Origin: a virus
Reading direction: 5' to 3' (one strand)
Virus record (IMG/VR): IMGVR_UViG_3300033066_002009
Coordinates: 8,961 to 72,960 of that record
DNA: 64,000 bases
This document shows, in pieces, positions 63,244 to 64,000 of this stretch (position 1 is the stretch's first letter; each line of letters starts with the position of its first letter). Both the position numbers and the translations under genes were made by a program. Under the pieces are notes generated by a model. That model was not told where the DNA came from, ran no database searches, and was given only the letters and a program-made list of their open reading frames with translations.

Positions 63244-63813
63244 TTATGCGACGAGATGTAGTTCGATGGTGTTAAGCGGCTTCGGCAGCCCGATTGAGAG
63301 CTTGATCACAATGCGGTCCGCGAAGTTAACAGATACACCAATCGATGAGATCGTCCCGTTGAGCAGAGGAGGCCCGATCTTCGCGAGAGTCCTCAGCTTG
63401 AGGGTATCGATACCCGTGTTCAATGCCGCCCTCAAGAACGTGAGGGCTTCTGGCGTAATGTTGTACACGCCCAAGAAGTCCTGGAGGATATCAACAAAGA
63501 ACATCGATACATAGTCGAAGTTCTTAACTACCGAGTATTCACCACTCTCTAACGTTGACGGGTCCGTCGTCAGTTGGTGAATGGTGAACGGAAGTGCCGC
63601 GGGGTTCGCCTGATTGAAGACGTACCAACCGCCCTGCATGAGATCCGTCATTTGCAGATCGGTGAAGTACGTGTTGGCGTGGAAGATCTGCGAAATCGCA
63701 GCAACACCGAGGAATGTGAAGCCCTGGTGAGGCGGCAGGCCTGCCGTCATACCACCAACCGCACAGGCCAGGTAATATCCCGGCTGTGTTCCGGTAACGC
63801 CGCTCACAAGCAC
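63244..63813 (-). CDS. structural protein
   Basis: 189 aa. The open frame continues to the window end, so a further upstream gene is likely. Confidence 0.4.
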   Translation of the reverse strand: MLVSGVTGTQPGYYLACAVGGMTAGLPPHQGFTFLGVAAISQIFHANTYFTDLQMTDLMQGGWYVFNQANPAALPFTIHQLTTDPSTLESGEYSVVKNFDYVSMFFVDILQDFLGVYNITPEALTFLRAALNTGIDTLKLRTLAKIGPPLLNGTISSIGVSVNFADRIVIKLSIGLPKPLNTIELHLVA

Positions 63814-64000
63814 GCTATCCGGCCAAACAAGAATCGTACGGCGGCTCTTGAACGACTGTGCTACCTGTACAAGTGCCGTAATCTGATCATCCTTCGAAAG
63901 ATTGCGAATGACCTGATAACGGATGGCGCCCTGGCTAATGAGGGACAGCGGCGCGTCACCGCTCCGGGGTGCAAGGTGCGGGAGTTCGTTTGCTACAGTG

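Overview
This 64-kb window looks like part of a large, moderately high-GC tailed-phage genome. Evidence: Shine-Dalgarno sites, rho-independent terminators, an HNH endonuclease, lysis and tail genes, a very large tRNA set and a tmRNA.

Layout:
- 1-29 kb, + strand: accessory region packed with tandem arrays of small paralogous Cys-rich proteins. The three families are an xYTFG-motif zinc-finger family (about 20 members), a family ending in TCMxCxxE, and a WWRR-motif family. Interspersed genes: two metallophosphoesterases, an HD-domain hydrolase, a dual-specificity phosphatase, a eukaryotic-like Ser/Thr kinase, a radical-SAM protein, a peptidyl-tRNA hydrolase 2 (PTH2)-like protein, a pilin-like protein, a DGQHR-domain protein and a GNAT acetyltransferase.
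- 31.0-33.6 kb: one 879-aa gene whose product resembles a major vault protein (vault repeats, SPFH-like shoulder, coiled-coil cap).
- 33.7-43.9 kb: array of about 43 tRNA or tRNA-like genes, mostly on the - strand, several non-canonical. Embedded in it are an HNH endonuclease, Cys-rich secreted proteins, a coiled-coil protein and at least 6-7 short structured ncRNAs. Each ncRNA is delimited by a promoter and a terminator, and its 5' end pairs with its 3' end.
- 44-51 kb: dCMP deaminase, sigma-70 region-4 protein, LigD-like DNA ligase, a tail-fibre-like protein, tmRNA (ssrA) and a biotinyl-domain protein.
- 51-64 kb, - strand: lysis cassette (M15 endolysin, papain-like peptidase, membrane proteins) followed by tail and baseplate-like structural genes.

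A promoter-like motif, TGGTA(A/T)AAG (extended -10-like), recurs more than 20 times and marks transcription starts of both mRNAs and ncRNAs. All functional calls come from motif reading of the sequence without database searches.
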